DNA of 64,000 nt from Fistulifera solaris. Its lineage: Eukaryota. The DNA lies in contig AP026124.1 in the NCBI GenBank assembly GCA_030295235.1, positions 2,232,001 to 2,296,000 on the forward strand, in the 5' to 3' direction. The translations under genes were made by a program, and so were the position numbers. The notes below the pieces were generated by a model that had not been told where the DNA came from, did not search any database, and saw nothing but the letters and a program-made list of their open reading frames with translations. This document shows, in pieces, positions 35,144 through 48,451 of the stretch (positions are counted from its first letter, which is position 1; each line of letters begins with the position of its first letter).

Positions 35144-37923
35144 ATGAAGTGGCGACAACGGCGGAGGAGCGTCTGCTGTAAACTCCTTTTGATGTTTGCT
35201 CTCCTTCCCACAATTTACACTTTTGTCGCCTTGCAGCGTTCGCAAAAACGCGCTTCATTGCATCCTTTGAATGGCATTCGAGGTTTTCGCTCATGGCTAG
35301 AATCCACTCATCCCGACGCGATTTATCCGATCCGTCAATTGCAAGACCAGGACAACTTCGATCACGTCTTGATCGATCTGAATCAATTTTTACACGTTAT
35401 TGTGCGAAACAGTCGATCCGACGATCATGCCTTGGTGTTACTGATGAAAGAATTAGATTTACTCATACAAATGGCGACTCCAACCAAGTCTCTGGTCTTG
35501 GCTATTGACGGACCTCCCAGTGCCGCGAAATTAGCCACACAACGGCAACGCCGTCTGGAGAAAAATCATCAAGGTAGAACGAACTTTGAAACAACTCAAG
35601 CAAAGTCCCCTTCGCGTCGCTCGTCGAAAGCGTTCCATTGTAGCGGACACACGAGTACTGGCCTTGACACCCTCTACGAATTTCATGAAATCTGTTGAAA
35701 AGGCCTTGTTGTATTGGACTTGGCAACGATTGAGCAACCGCAATTCGTGCTTACCGGAGGGCGTTCATGTATATATTAGTCCGAGTTCCGTACCTGGAGA
35801 AGGAGAAGTCAAATTATTGGAATGGTTGTATCGACATACGTCTCGTCCTCATCAAATCAATGAGTCAGTGGCTTTCTTAGGCGGTGATGCCGATTTGGTA
35901 GTCGAAGGCCTGATGCTGAATCGACCCAATGTGTTTTGTTTGCTGCCGCATGTGAAGCGACAGTTTTCCTGTGTAAGTGTTTGGCAGCTTACGCGTGATC
36001 TAGCGCGAAAGGCGGGAGTACGATCAGTCGACGAGCTGCCGCAGCGAAGACTTGATTGGGTTCTATTGATTCTGTTGAATGGGAATGACTATGTCAACAA
36101 ATTGCGTGGCTCGAGTGGCTTTAATCGTGTAATGAAGGCGTACAGCAAAGTCTTGCGTCGTCATCCCAATGGCGGCCTGGTCGATATAGAGTCACTTGAC
36201 TTTCAGCTGGATTTTTGCATCGAGTTCTTTCAAGAAATATCTCACAATTTGATTCCCTTTGGCGAACCCGATATTCCTTACAGTACCAATAGTTTCTTAA
36301 GCAAACTCTATCAATACGCGGCGGTAGGCTATTTGCCACAGCCGGTGACTTTCGAGATCAAGTCGGACTTCATTGATGAAAACAACGGATTGAATACAAA
36401 GAAAGAGGACGACGAAGAAGCTTTCGATTACGAATCTTTTTCTGAACTAAACGACGACGACGACGTCTCAAAAAGCGGATTCGATCTTGGATACGATGAA
36501 AGCGACGAAAATGATACCACAGGCAATAAGATTGAGCTAGTGCTGCAATTGGGGGATCCTGACTCGGATGATTTTTATGAGTTCTCGGCATGGGTCCCTA
36601 TAGGACATTGCTTGAAGGGGGCTAAGCAACGATTGGCCTCCATTGCTTTACGGGAGCTTTTGGATACCGACGAGGTAGAATCGGGGCTGGATGACATGAA
36701 AGTGAGAGGGAAAGTGATTGAATGTGATGTGCCCTTATATTTGTACGGGTTGTTGTGGACATTACAAACTTATCAAGACGGTACATGTGCGGATTATGGA
36801 TTCCAGTATGGCGGACGTCGCTTGTCACCGTCAGCCAAAGATTTAGTGGAATACTTCGTGCAGGCGAAAGCGGCCGGTCGGTCCGTTGGTATTTCTTCTC
36901 TTCGCAAAGGCTTTACACAGCCTGCTACAGCTGGAATCGCTTGCTTGGCAGCCTTGCCCTTGCAAGCAAAAAGACCATATTGCGGAGCCGTACAAATTCC
37001 TCGATGATGAATTTGTGGAATTTACTTATCAAAGCTGCGTAAATGAAACGTCGCTTACTTTTGATATGGAACTGTTTTCGCAACTCTGCAACGACGAAGT
37101 AAAAAAAACGCGCTATGTCGGATGATCGATTTCATTTTTCCGAACCTAAAGCACACTCTGCTAACTCAATAGGGAAGGGACGACGGATTATAATGGGAGA
37201 CCATTCCTGGACTGTGTTGACAAAAAAAGATAAAAGCCTAGTGCATCCATTTCAGCCACCAGAACCTTTCTTGGATCGTCTATCAGAGTTATGGCATAAC
37301 AATTATATCCAAGCGCAAAAAATCAAAGCAGCCTCTTCGCCACGACCTCGCTCCGTATGGAACGAGACAACAACTCAGGATCACCTAAGTGTTGCAAGTA
37401 TGCATCATACAATGGATCACTGTGAAAGAAAGGTTGTACCCTGTATGAATTTACTTGGAAAAGACACACTTGTAGAAGATGTCATCCACGTCGAGGCTTA
37501 CCGAATGTCTTTAAAGACAGCGAAGACCATGAAGAATAGTAGGATATCTCGAAAGGAAAACCCCCGAAGATAAAAGATGCAACTACCCACTTTTCTTTGA
37601 GAGATGGGGTGACAGCGTCAGCTTGCTTGAAGCAGTTAGAAGATGCGCGCTACGTTGGTAAAATAGAATGGTCTACAAAGTCCAGTTCGCACAACAACGC
37701 CTTATCCGAAGAGAGGTGGACTCTTGTCATCAATAAGGGAGGCTGCCTAATTGACAACGCTGTTTTTCAACGCGTACGGGAACCAACAATGACAAAACAG
37801 TTTGTAAAGCAAGAATTATCGAGCCAAGCCCTTACTCACATTCTAAGAAAAGCAAATTGGGCCAACTTATCTTACCAGGAAGTTCGAAGTTTGGTTAAGG
37901 CACAGATGTCGGTGACAGAGTGA
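35144..37923 (+). CDS. XRN-family 5'-3' exoribonuclease with N-terminal targeting-like leader and dsRBD-like segments; frameshifted
   Basis: GIRGFRSWL, IDLNQFLH, AIDGPPSAAKLATQRQRR, LTPSTNFM, PGEGEVK, GGDADL, LNGNDY and YLYGLLWTLQTYQDG. Confidence 0.85.
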
Positions 37924-37939
37924 AAGGTCCATCGCGTTT

Positions 37940-40900
37940 TTATGCGCATTCGAAAGCTTGTGGTCGGACAGATGCATTACCCCCAACTAGCTTAACTAGA
38001 TTGTCCTGATCAATAAACTCCTGCAAGTCTCGAAATTTTCTGAGGAAATGGATTTTATCTCTGGTTCGGGGAGACTTGATCGCAACTGACGCTGCCAGAG
38101 TTCCACTGAGAACGGTTTTGATCATGGCATTCCGGCCGTGGCCCACTACAACTAAAGCTTTGCTAAGTCTTTCAGGATAATGTTTCATAACAATATCAAT
38201 CAGACGCAAAAGCACTCTCCTGTTGCTATGCGCGTACCACTTCTCAGCATTATGGTGCACGCGTGGGTTGTAATCAGCGAGGTCATTGTTTTCGCCATTT
38301 ACTGTAGATTCGTCGTCGTCTTTCATGCTTAAATTTTCACCAGCTGCATCACATCCATCCGAGTGGCGTTTCCGTCGAATACCGGCGATAATTACCACAG
38401 TACACTGAAATCGTGGATTGGTTTTGGCAAACGAGTTCAGGCTCGCGTCTAGACGGTGTAGAACAGCTGCAATAGTCGCGTCTTCATTTTTTCTCCAAGG
38501 ACCCAAGCAGATGTTGCGGAAGTAGAAGACGGGATTGCCTTCCAGATCTTTGCCTTGATGGAAAAATTGACCGCTTTGAAGCTCTACCCGACATGCCTTC
38601 GTGTTTATTGGAAAAGTCAAGTATCTCCAGCTTGTACTTTGAACGATGCGCACAGCTGCAAACTTGACACTACCATCCGAACCAATCAAGTATCGACGAA
38701 TGTCATCGCGACTAAGAATTTGTAGAATCGGTTTTGTAAGAAACCATCAGAACTATCATCTGGATACAGACAGTCGTTCTTACGGACAGGAATAGTCACG
38801 TTTCTCAAACATTCAATGACTTCACTGATAGCATTTTCGAGGAGATTACCAGTACGCGAAGTCTCTGTATAATTGCTTGTAGTGTGGAAACTCTCGGACA
38901 ATGAAAGCTCATCGGGTTGTTGATGCACCAAAGCATGTTCTCTTTCTCGTTTCGCCCCTGGCGATTGAAATGCTTCCAAAATTGGGTCTACCAGCAAAAC
39001 ACTGAAAAGAGTTCCGATGGCACTTGTTTTCCGCTCAAAATTTTCATTTGCTCGATACTTATCGAGGAGGATATTGTTGTCAGTGATATAGTCTAAAGGA
39101 AGAGAGCAATCATCAAGTTTGTACGAAACAGTACGAATAGACCCCAAAGCCCTTTCTGGCACTTCATCGCTCTGCACCCCGGCAATCAAGTATGTGAAGT
39201 CAGTTACATCATTAGAAAATCCATCACATTCCATGTAGGAGATCAGAAATCGAGCGAGAAGAGTGTTTTGGCGTCGGGACTTCAAATGTGTTGAACAAGC
39301 AATGTAATTAGAAGGCATTTTCGATTCTTGCTGTAAGGCTCCTCCAAAATGATACGTATCCCCACATTCGGAGAGATTGATTGGCGGTATCGTACTACGC
39401 TTACGAGAGTATGATGAGGCTGCCAACGAAGTTCGCCGGCGATGGGTGATTCTCATCATGAAAGACAGGAAGGACAGCATAAGGCGAGCAAGCCACGACA
39501 AACGCTGCTGGTCGATACCCAGCTGTAAAGCGCATTCGAGTCGCTGTCTACGCCCTTCGGCACTTCCTCGAACAAATCGATCGACCTGTAAAATTGTGTC
39601 CGAGTGAGACCAACTCGCATGGAAGCAGCACAGATTTGAAACCACAAATAAGCGATTTGCTTACATTCCGGTCGAACGTTGTATCAATGCCTTCGGGTAG
39701 AGATCGCACAAATACTTGTACATTAGCAATGCACCGTCGCCCTTCCGCGAAATAAACATGAACAAAAAAGTGATGCGATGGATGCTTTTGAACCAAATTT
39801 TTAAGGCTAGGAATGGCGGCGACAGGATCTAGATTAGGTTGCAGCGGATAATCACTCCAACTTGGATCCCAACGAAACGAATGCATTCCCACCAGCGCAT
39901 AGCCCTGATACTGGCTCGAGGAAAGAGGAGCGACACCGCTCAATCCCAGGTGCCACCACCGTGATGCTTTCAAATGCTCCTTGGTTCGCACAGGACATAA
40001 TACATCCCGCGCTACGGTGGGCTCGTAGTATTCATTCTTGGCATTTACATCGTGCCTTACGTTTTCCTGATTCTCGTCACAAGCTAATCGTTTCTTCCAA
40101 TATGGTTCGATTGGTCTCTTTTCTAACTTCCATCCCAAATTGGCGACTTTTCGTGCTTCCACGTAGACTTGTACCAACCGCGCTGCCTGTGCTACCTGTT
40201 TGCGCAACAACAACAATCCCTCCATCCGCTCACGGGAAACCGAGGAATGTGGGGTAGCCGTTTCTTTTACAATCGGCACGAAGAGACGAAAGAAATCCAC
40301 GACCCCTAAGAGCATTCGTTTCCCAACATATTCTGGCTTCAATCGCGAAGATGCCTCGTCTTTGGGATCCACTGGAGCCGTCGAAACTCCAGATTTCCCC
40401 GGCCCCGACCCGCGAACCCACCTCAATGCCTCAAGACGCAAGCGAATTGCCGAATGATGCATTCCTAAACAACGCATGGCATCATCCCAACAGATGCCAC
40501 TGGGTTCGGTCGAAATACTAGGGATGGCCGTTGGATCGGAAGGTGGTGGCAGGTGAATAGACGCATCGTGCAGCACCACTTCCCTTTCCTTCGTACGCCA
40601 TACTCCCGCGATGGACCAATTCCAAGGCATCATACAAGGCCAACAACGGTGCACCCACAAATTGCAAGGCTAGTAGATCAGCTTGAAATTGTGCGGCCAT
40701 GGCCGCCGAGGGAAACGTATGTTCCTTCCATTCCTCCCGGGGTGCCCCTTTTTGGTACAATTCCAAAACACCACTTTCGACGGGTGTCACGACATGAATG
40801 CCGATTTGATCCACGTCGAGAGTCCGTCCATCCTCGAACGCCATGGTGCGTTGTGGCACCTGCAACACGACCGGTTGTTGCAAATTCCATATTTTGTTGG

Positions 40901-41324
40901 GTGGCAACAATCGTCGACTGGCTTCCGTCCACGTCGGCGGTGGCACCATGGTTTCGTACCGAATGGTTTGTTGAGCCGGGCCTCCCGGATATTGAAACCG
41001 ACACGCCAACGAGTGTGGCATCCGTTGGGAAGGATCCCAAGGATCGTCCTCGTGAGGATCATCGTCGTGTTGTTGTTGTTGTAAAAGGATCGCATCAGAT
41101 TCATGCTATCGGCACGTCGACGACGGCGATGATGAGAAGACGAAGAAGAGTCCAGTTGCTGTCGTCCTCGTTTCTGATAGTTCTTCCCCAAAAATAATGC
41201 AAAACATCCTACGACGAACAGCAGAAAACTGCCCCCGATGACGGGCCATCCCAAAACATGATCATCGTGTATACCGATAGCGAGGCGTTTCCAAAAGGGG
41301 GAGCGAATGATCGACTGCTGTCAT
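37940..41324 (-). CDS. Membrane-anchored protein with C-terminal CRAL-TRIO (Sec14-like) lipid-binding domain; several frameshifts and a probable intron near 39590-39660
   Basis: N-terminal TM segment (WPVIGGSFLLFVVGCFALF). C-terminal ELQSGQFFHQGKDLEGNPVFYFR..HYPERLSKALVV..TRDKIHFL..LVGG is a CRAL-TRIO signature. Confidence 0.7.
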
Positions 41325-41865
41325 GAGAAAAAGCTCCTGATTATCTTCTTCCGCCAGACATGATGATTCAAGAAGTAGATTGCTGGATGAATGGTTGTGA
41401 ATTACAGGAAAGTGCGAAAGGACCGACGACGACATTCTGTAGAGTAATTCGGTACGAGCTCATAGGTATTCCTTCTTGGTGAACGTAACGGAATTGCATG
41501 ATGTTGGACATGCACGATCCGTAGTCTACGAAGATCGGAAATCGGAATGCGTCCTCTTGACTAGTGACTCGTGACTAACAACCACGAGCCGGACTTGATG
41601 CACATACGGTACCCAACCGATACATTTTTACAATCTGTAGATATTACATTTCAATAATAAGGTATCCAATGCATTAGTTACAAAACATGCTCTTTATCAC
41701 TTAATAAAAGGCTTCGCATGGGTATCTTTTTTCTTTTTTCTTTTGTTCGCATCCTCTTTCGCTCCACTGTTCGTTCTAATGGAGGGGTGTCAATGCAAGC
41801 GAACACTTGTCAAAGCAATCCTAACAACATACAAAGTAAATCAACGCAGGTCGTTATTTGTTAGA

Positions 41866-42003
41866 ATGCCTTTCTTTTATAACAATCACCACAAAGTCTA
41901 TAGTCGCTTCTGGCTCACCCTTCTATTCTACTCCTTTCTGTTAATATTACTGATCCATCCGAATCGTTCCGTTTTCGCACAACCCGCTTTTCAGTTGTCA
42001 AAT

Positions 42004-42060
<57 letters not shown>

Positions 42061-42804
42061 AACAATATGAAAGCTTGGACGTGTCACGGTCGCAATCAAC
42101 GTGAACTGGTCGATCATTTACGACAAGCCCGTATCATACAAACACCGGCGGTTCAGCACGTGATGGAACAAATCGATCGGGCGCATTATTGTCCCACCAC
42201 ATCCGTGGCGTATCAAGATGCACCACAACCCATTGGACACGGACAAACGATTAGTGCACCGCATATGCACGCGCATGCTCTCGAAGAATTGTACCAGGCG
42301 TTGTCGAAACGACGTCAACAAACGACCGCACCCACCATCAAGGTACTAGATGTCGGATGCGGATCCGGATATTTGACGGCCTGTTTGGGAAAGTGGATGC
42401 AATCGTCGTCGATCGGTCCTGGACGCGTGTTGGGTATAGACATACATTCCTTCTTGGTCGAACAAACACGTCACAATCTACAAAAACACGATGGTGATTT
42501 ATTGAACGATTGTACTATAGAATTACACGTCGCCAATGGTTGGGAGGGATGGCCCAGTGAAGCACCGTTTGATGCCATTCATGTGGGAGCCGCGGCCGAA
42601 ACCTTTCCCTTGACACTGGCGCGACAACTGCAACCCGATGGTGGTGTCATGATTGTGCCCATTGCTTCTTCCGAAGATAGCAGCGTGCAACATTTGTACC
42701 GGGTCGAGCGTTGTTCAGAGACCAACGATGATTCGGGGGAATTTCGCGTCACGCAATTGTTGGGAGTTCGCTACGTTCCTTTGGTACAGCCGCCGCCATC
42801 CTGA
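41866..42804 (+). CDS. PCMT: Protein-L-isoaspartate O-methyltransferase (PCMT/PIMT)
   Basis: AYQDAPQPIGHGQTISAPHMHAHALE, VLDVGCGSGYL, APFDAIHVGAAA and VRYVPL. Start may be 41866 or 42068. Confidence 0.93.
42001..42066. repeat. (AAC)n microsatellite (poly-Asn)
   Basis: About 22 aac/aat units. Confidence 0.95.
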
Positions 42805-42881
42805 GACCAAGGATCCTAATCCGGTGCATAAAGGTTTATTCCAAATTAACAATATCATAATATTGCTTTTCTATCTTCATT

Positions 42882-44132
42882 TTATGCACAAAAATAACGA
42901 TTCGGATAAAAACGTAAACTTTCCAAAGTTTCATCCCGTACCCAAGAACCTGTTCGTTCCACGAGTTTCAATTGTTCCATGGCCAAAACTGCGGAGATGC
43001 GCCAATATCGACTAACATCCATGGCCGTCAACGATGTCAACGAATGATCTTGCAACAACTTTGTCAATCGTTCTTGCAAATGCACCGGATCCGCGTATTG
43101 ATCGTTTTGCAACACCACCAATCCACTCGGTAAGGTCGCTACCGATATTCCCAACGCCAATTTGTGACACTGTTCCGCGGCCGCCCGAAAATCATCCGGT
43201 GACAACAAATGCGTCGCACGGGCCCGATTGTACAAACAGTAGACATCTGTCAAGGTCATGACCGGATGCGTGGCGGTCAAATGCGGACGCACAAAATCGG
43301 TCAATTCCCGCGCCAATTGTGTATCATTCGGTGTGAGGGCCGACGTCATACCCATGTGTTGCAACATACCGACCAATTGTTGTGTTTCCTTGTCTTGTGC
43401 ATGACTGAATTCGTGTTGTCGTTCCAACGTGGCGACGTAGTGTTGAATGATTTGTACCAATCCTTGTGCTTCTTTCAACAAGAGTTCCGCATCCCCTTGA
43501 AAGGCCGTTTCGGCCAATTGTGCCGCATGTTCATGTCGTCTTGTGGCCGAAGTTATTAAAGCATCCAATCCGACGCGACGACGGGGTGCTGCTACTGCTG
43601 CTGCTGTTGTTGCGGTAGTCGTAGTACGCGTGTGTTCTTCCCATCCACGCCGTGTGACGACTTTTTGATACGTTTGAAAGCATTCGTCCCGTTTTTGACG
43701 GTAGGAAAGACGAGACACAATTCTCCCAGGGCGGCTGTTTGTAAAATTAATTTGGGTGATTTTTTAACAACAACCACAATCCTCCCGACGATTCGGTATA
43801 GAGTTGCAACAATTGTGAATGATGCAAATACCGACACGCGCGTTGGGTGGACGATGTTTCGGACCAAAAGACCGTCCGATGTGTCGTTAATTGCATCATT
43901 AAATTGCTCTCGCGATTTTTCCACATAAAATTGGATTTAGTTACATCGACATGATGTTTTTCATTGAGAGGAACCATGGGTTCGTCGTCGTCGGATGCGC
44001 GCAATTCGATCGGTTGTACGACGAGAACTTCCACTTCTTGAAATTCTTTTGCAACAATCCCGCTGGTGTTTGTTCCGCAACTACTAAACAATCGAAAGGT
44101 GAATAATGATATTGTTGTGTAGCAGTTGTCAT
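42882..44132 (-). CDS. VPS36: ESCRT-II subunit VPS36/EAP45-like; frameshifted
   Basis: VGLDALI..ETAFQGDAELLLKEA..MGMTS..QLAREL..MTLTDVYCLYNRAR..LLSPDD..RDETLESLRFYPN, plus an N-terminal GLUE-like region. Confidence 0.85.
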
Positions 44133-44145
44133 GTTGTGAAGGGAC

Positions 44146-44146
<1 letters not shown>

Positions 44147-44207
<61 letters not shown>
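44147..44207. repeat. (GTT)n microsatellite in the VPS36 5' region
   Basis: About 20 ttg units. Confidence 0.95.
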
Positions 44208-44208
<1 letters not shown>

Positions 44209-45330
44209 GACTGTTCTCTAAAAATACAACAAAAGACGAAATAATAATAATGAAGAAAGAGTGAATAGTAATAAATTAAACATGATTCTTGTTGTTCTTT
44301 CGATTGCTTCGCAAAGCGGACAGACGCAAACGAGTACCGTACCGATACGAAGAAGAGACGATCCGTACTGGTACGAGTAGTAAGGACGTATAAAAATGTA
44401 CGTCCTTAGAGCAGTCACTACATCCGGAAATGGCAACAACTGAATCTGTCTGCCAGTTGCCAATTTTTTGTACTCATAACCAGTCTTGCTACCAATGTAG
44501 TAGTGAATGCCGTGTGGCAGATAATTCCGATTCAGTCTTGTTCGATCGAGTCCCCTCGACATTTTCGTTTTTGCGTAATTTCTCGTTCAACTCAAATCAC
44601 ATTCCTGTTCATCATTTCATCCTTTATCATGGAGGCTTCAGCTGCCGAAGCTGAAATACTGCAGCGCATCACTCGCAGCAAGCAGCGGCAAAGGCTGCTG
44701 CTGCTGCGCTATTTTCTGGAAGCATCGTCAAAAATTTTATCCGATGAAATGGAGGACACTTTGCCCGAAACCGACCCTGTCGCCCGCAAGCATCGTCACA
44801 AGAAACACCCAAGGCCCAAGCGCCAACTCTTACAATCACGCTGCTGCTTTGCAGCGCATCCTTACTGATTACTTTGGTCCCCAGCCAAGGTTCAACGACA
44901 AACAGTTTTATAACATGTTCCGCATTTCTCCGGCCCGATTCCAACGCATAATGGAAGACTTTAGGCTTGTTCTTATCAGTGCACATGTGCAGCATATTTG
45001 CACATATTTTTCGAACTAACCCGGAAATGCGGCCGGCCATTTTTTCGTGTGCACCGGCTCGATTAAAATTGCAAAACTCATCAATTATTTATAATTATGC
45101 ACATCCTTGCACATCGTTGGGAGTCTTGCACACGGATAATTTCACGATCGTTCACGAATGCTTCTTAACAAAAAAACAACGCAAAATTTTTCGTCCCTAT
45201 TTCCATTTCGGCTTGCTCTCTTGTTTGCCATCCCCCAGCGTTCTTCCGACCAACGTTTGCTCTCAGAACAACAGTAAATCGTTTGTGGTACTGCATTTAC
45301 CCTCATAATATAGCCCCATCGGTCAAGAAA

Positions 45331-47227
45331 ATGTCGGCAAGACTCAAGAAACATCCTGTGACAGGCCATCCCACGAAAGGGAATGCTAATAAGCCAGTGA
45401 AAAACAAGACAAAGACGGCCGCAACGGTGAAAACCAAAGCTCCGGCCGCAAAGGGAAAGCCGAAGAAGGCTGCCCCCTCAATGGAAGTGATGTTCACAGC
45501 ACCCACTGAAGACCGGTCTGGCAAGGTCAAAAAGGTTATTGTGATCTCGGACATCCGAGATGCCAAAACCGCCACTTTGAACTTCGCAATCATTACAGGT
45601 GCGTAAAGTGTGGCTTTCAATTGCACAACAGTGAATTTGGCTGTGGGCATCCATACGACGACGCGGGCCATGTAATTTGCCCTGATGGATTTGGTTGCGA
45701 TTTGGGAAGGAAGATTCCTGCAAGAGGAAATCTTTCTTCGGATGACTCCAACGATGGCGATTCGTTTACTCCACAGGTAACCCATGTCAAACGTTCTGTG
45801 GCTCCGACTTGATGACTCTTCTGATGAATCTGAATCTGAAATGGAGGACTCGGATTTGGGACGCTTGCATAGGAAGCGTCCACCGCAAACTCCAATGCTT
45901 CGCGAACTTGTGCCCTTAAATGATGGGGAGTTTCCCATTCCGGATCCTTCTGATGATGATCAGACCACTGATGGCAAGCCAGCAGCTAAGGAGACCGGGT
46001 CGAAGAAAACATCATCCGCCAGCAAGACGAAGAAATCATCGCCCACAGACTCTGACGTTCCCGACAGTGACGGAAAACCTGTCAACTCTTTTTTCCGACT
46101 TTATTTTGACACCCGACGGAAAGGTTGTGGGTTACGACAATAAGACCTGGAAAGAAATCTCTGCCCAAGCAATGCGCACTATTGTTTCACAATGCACTGG
46201 AATGGGTACGCGCGAGTATGCCTAAACACGAAATGATCCAAGCCATGGAGAAGGAATATGACGAATGGGATCAAATGGGCCGCCCGCCACCCGGCAATAA
46301 TCTTGGAAGACACGGAAAACAGAAAGTTAAGCCCGATAAAGCAACTGCTAACTGCAAGATGCGTTTGTTCAATGTTGTCTTCTCAGCCCGATCATGTGAG
46401 CGACTTAGAGAACTTGATGAAGAAGGGTGATGGAAGGGACAACCAAGACATTGCAATGGCAAAGCATCAACAGTGGTTCTGGAGACCCGTGCGTGAGTCT
46501 TATGTTGATTCGATAGAAGAATATGGAATAAACAAGTCACGAAGACAACGAGTACTTCAAGGATCGCCCGGTCTTGATCTTAATCACTTCTGTGAGCATC
46601 CTTGGAAGAAGTTCGCGGGAGATGTGGAAAGCGTGTTGTGCGGAATACAATAGACACAAGAAGAACTACACTGCATCCGGGCAGCACTCGAATGACTTCT
46701 ATCAGTTCACAAACGGTAATCTTGTCATGTATTACTTTCATTTGTGCTTGAGAGATAAACCTAACGTTATTGACGTCGTTGAGGCCGATCTTCCAGACCA
46801 AGAAGGACGAAAACGGTAATGCGTACATAACAGTGGCAGCTGGAAACAAGCGGAAAAAGGAAACTGCTTTCACGGATATCTTGAAGGAGTTGGTCGATCG
46901 AGAACCGGAATCATCGGAAATCAAGGAACTGGTTGAGTTTCACAAGCAGTCGCATGAATTGGAGATCAAAAAGTTGCAATTTGCTCAATCAACTTCACGA
47001 TCTTGAAGAAGCGGCGTCAAGAAGAGAAGAGAGCCGCATTATGGGAAGAACTCAAAGACGTAGACAATCGTCTTGAACGATTGTTTGTCATACTTGACAA
47101 CGATCCTCCGCAACACCGTGTGGAGTATTACAGAAGCGATTTGACGACGTATATGAATAGGAAAGAGGAGCTTAAAGCTATTCTGTTTCCAAAAGCCGAT
47201 AACGATCCTACACATAAAGCGGTTTAA
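45331..47227 (+). CDS. Harbinger accessory (Myb/SANT-like DNA-binding) protein; frameshifted
   Basis: Basic N-terminus, MRLFNVVFS..FWRPVRESY..MWKACCAEYNRHKKNYTASGQHSNDFYQF, and a coiled-coil end. Position opposite the transposase is typical of Harbinger. Confidence 0.6.
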
Positions 47228-47294
47228 AGAATACCATAACCTATGTAATGACAGTTAAACTTACTCAAATTAGTATCCACCATTTCTAGTCAGG

Positions 47295-48451
47295 TTACGG
47301 GCGGTTCGGGCTACCCCTTTTCAATGATCTTGTCGACGATTGCTTGCCGAACAAGGTTGGAATTTCTTTGCGGGCGACCTGCGCGGGGTTCCAAGTTTGC
47401 AGGCTCGCTTGCTGCTGGTCGGCGCCTACCTTGTGGGCTATCAAAGTAGGTGTGGGCCATGTCCTTTTGGTCAATACAAAAGTTATGTAGCCGAGCAATA
47501 CACTGAATAAAAGTATAAATTCGGGTTTGTTTGATCAAGACCAAGGACCGAAGTACGCCAGCGTTGCGTCATCATACCAAACGCACATTCGATCTTCATC
47601 CGAAGCTGACTGAGAAAGTAATTGAAGTCGCTCTTTGATCGATCAGATCTCTGTGAGCCAGTAAAAGGAGTCAAAACCTTTGTTGAACACGTGTACGCAC
47701 TATCCGCCACTATATATTTCCAATACGGTAGGTTAGCAACCAACTTTGGCAACTGGGTGCTGTTGAAGGCTCGACTATCACTGCAACTCCCAACCCCCAG
47801 TATCTATAAAGAGAAAACGAGATCTTTCATCGCACACAGCTTGTATGTTGACTCCGTACGAACTGTAATGACCAGAAAAATGAGCCATGGCCGTTTTAGT
47901 TTCCGAACTATAAGGAGCTCTTGTCTCTAAATGGTATCCATCGAGGCACCCAACACATCCACTCATTATTCCATGCGAGGAAATGTTCTTGAACTTCTTA
48001 GCTGCTTCGTCTATTTCGGTCGGAGTCGGGAAAATGTAGTTTCAGGGCGTCACATCTGACTATCGCCTGCATCACTTTATGGAGCAATCGGTAAAATGAC
48101 TGCATGCTGAGACCCATTTGATCGCTCACGTCGATGTATGACCCGCCAGCAAGCCAGCGTAGGAGCATGTGAACCTGTACCTCAACTGGGATTGGCTTAG
48201 TTCCTGCTATCCCAGAAGAATAATGAACGGGAAGGTGAGGCTGAAATCAAGTCGACCAACAACAAAAATGACTGGATCTGCATCCTGTTCTTTCGGGAAA
48301 ACTGTTTCTCGGATTGTCTCATTAGCCGTTGAACATAGAGATCCCAGTCCATACGTTCATAGACTACCTTGGGTTCTCTTGCTTTTAAAACAATACTGGC
48401 GGCTAGCATCAATTTCCTTAGGCGCTTCTTTCGAGCAACGTATTTCAACAT
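47295..48451 (-). CDS. HARBI1-like DDE transposase (DDE_Tnp_4); frameshifted
   Basis: LRWLAGGSY, GCVGCLDG, FSGHYSSYGVNIQAVCD, YIVADSAY, TPF and FNYFLSQLRMKIECAFGMMTQRW. Confidence 0.88.
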
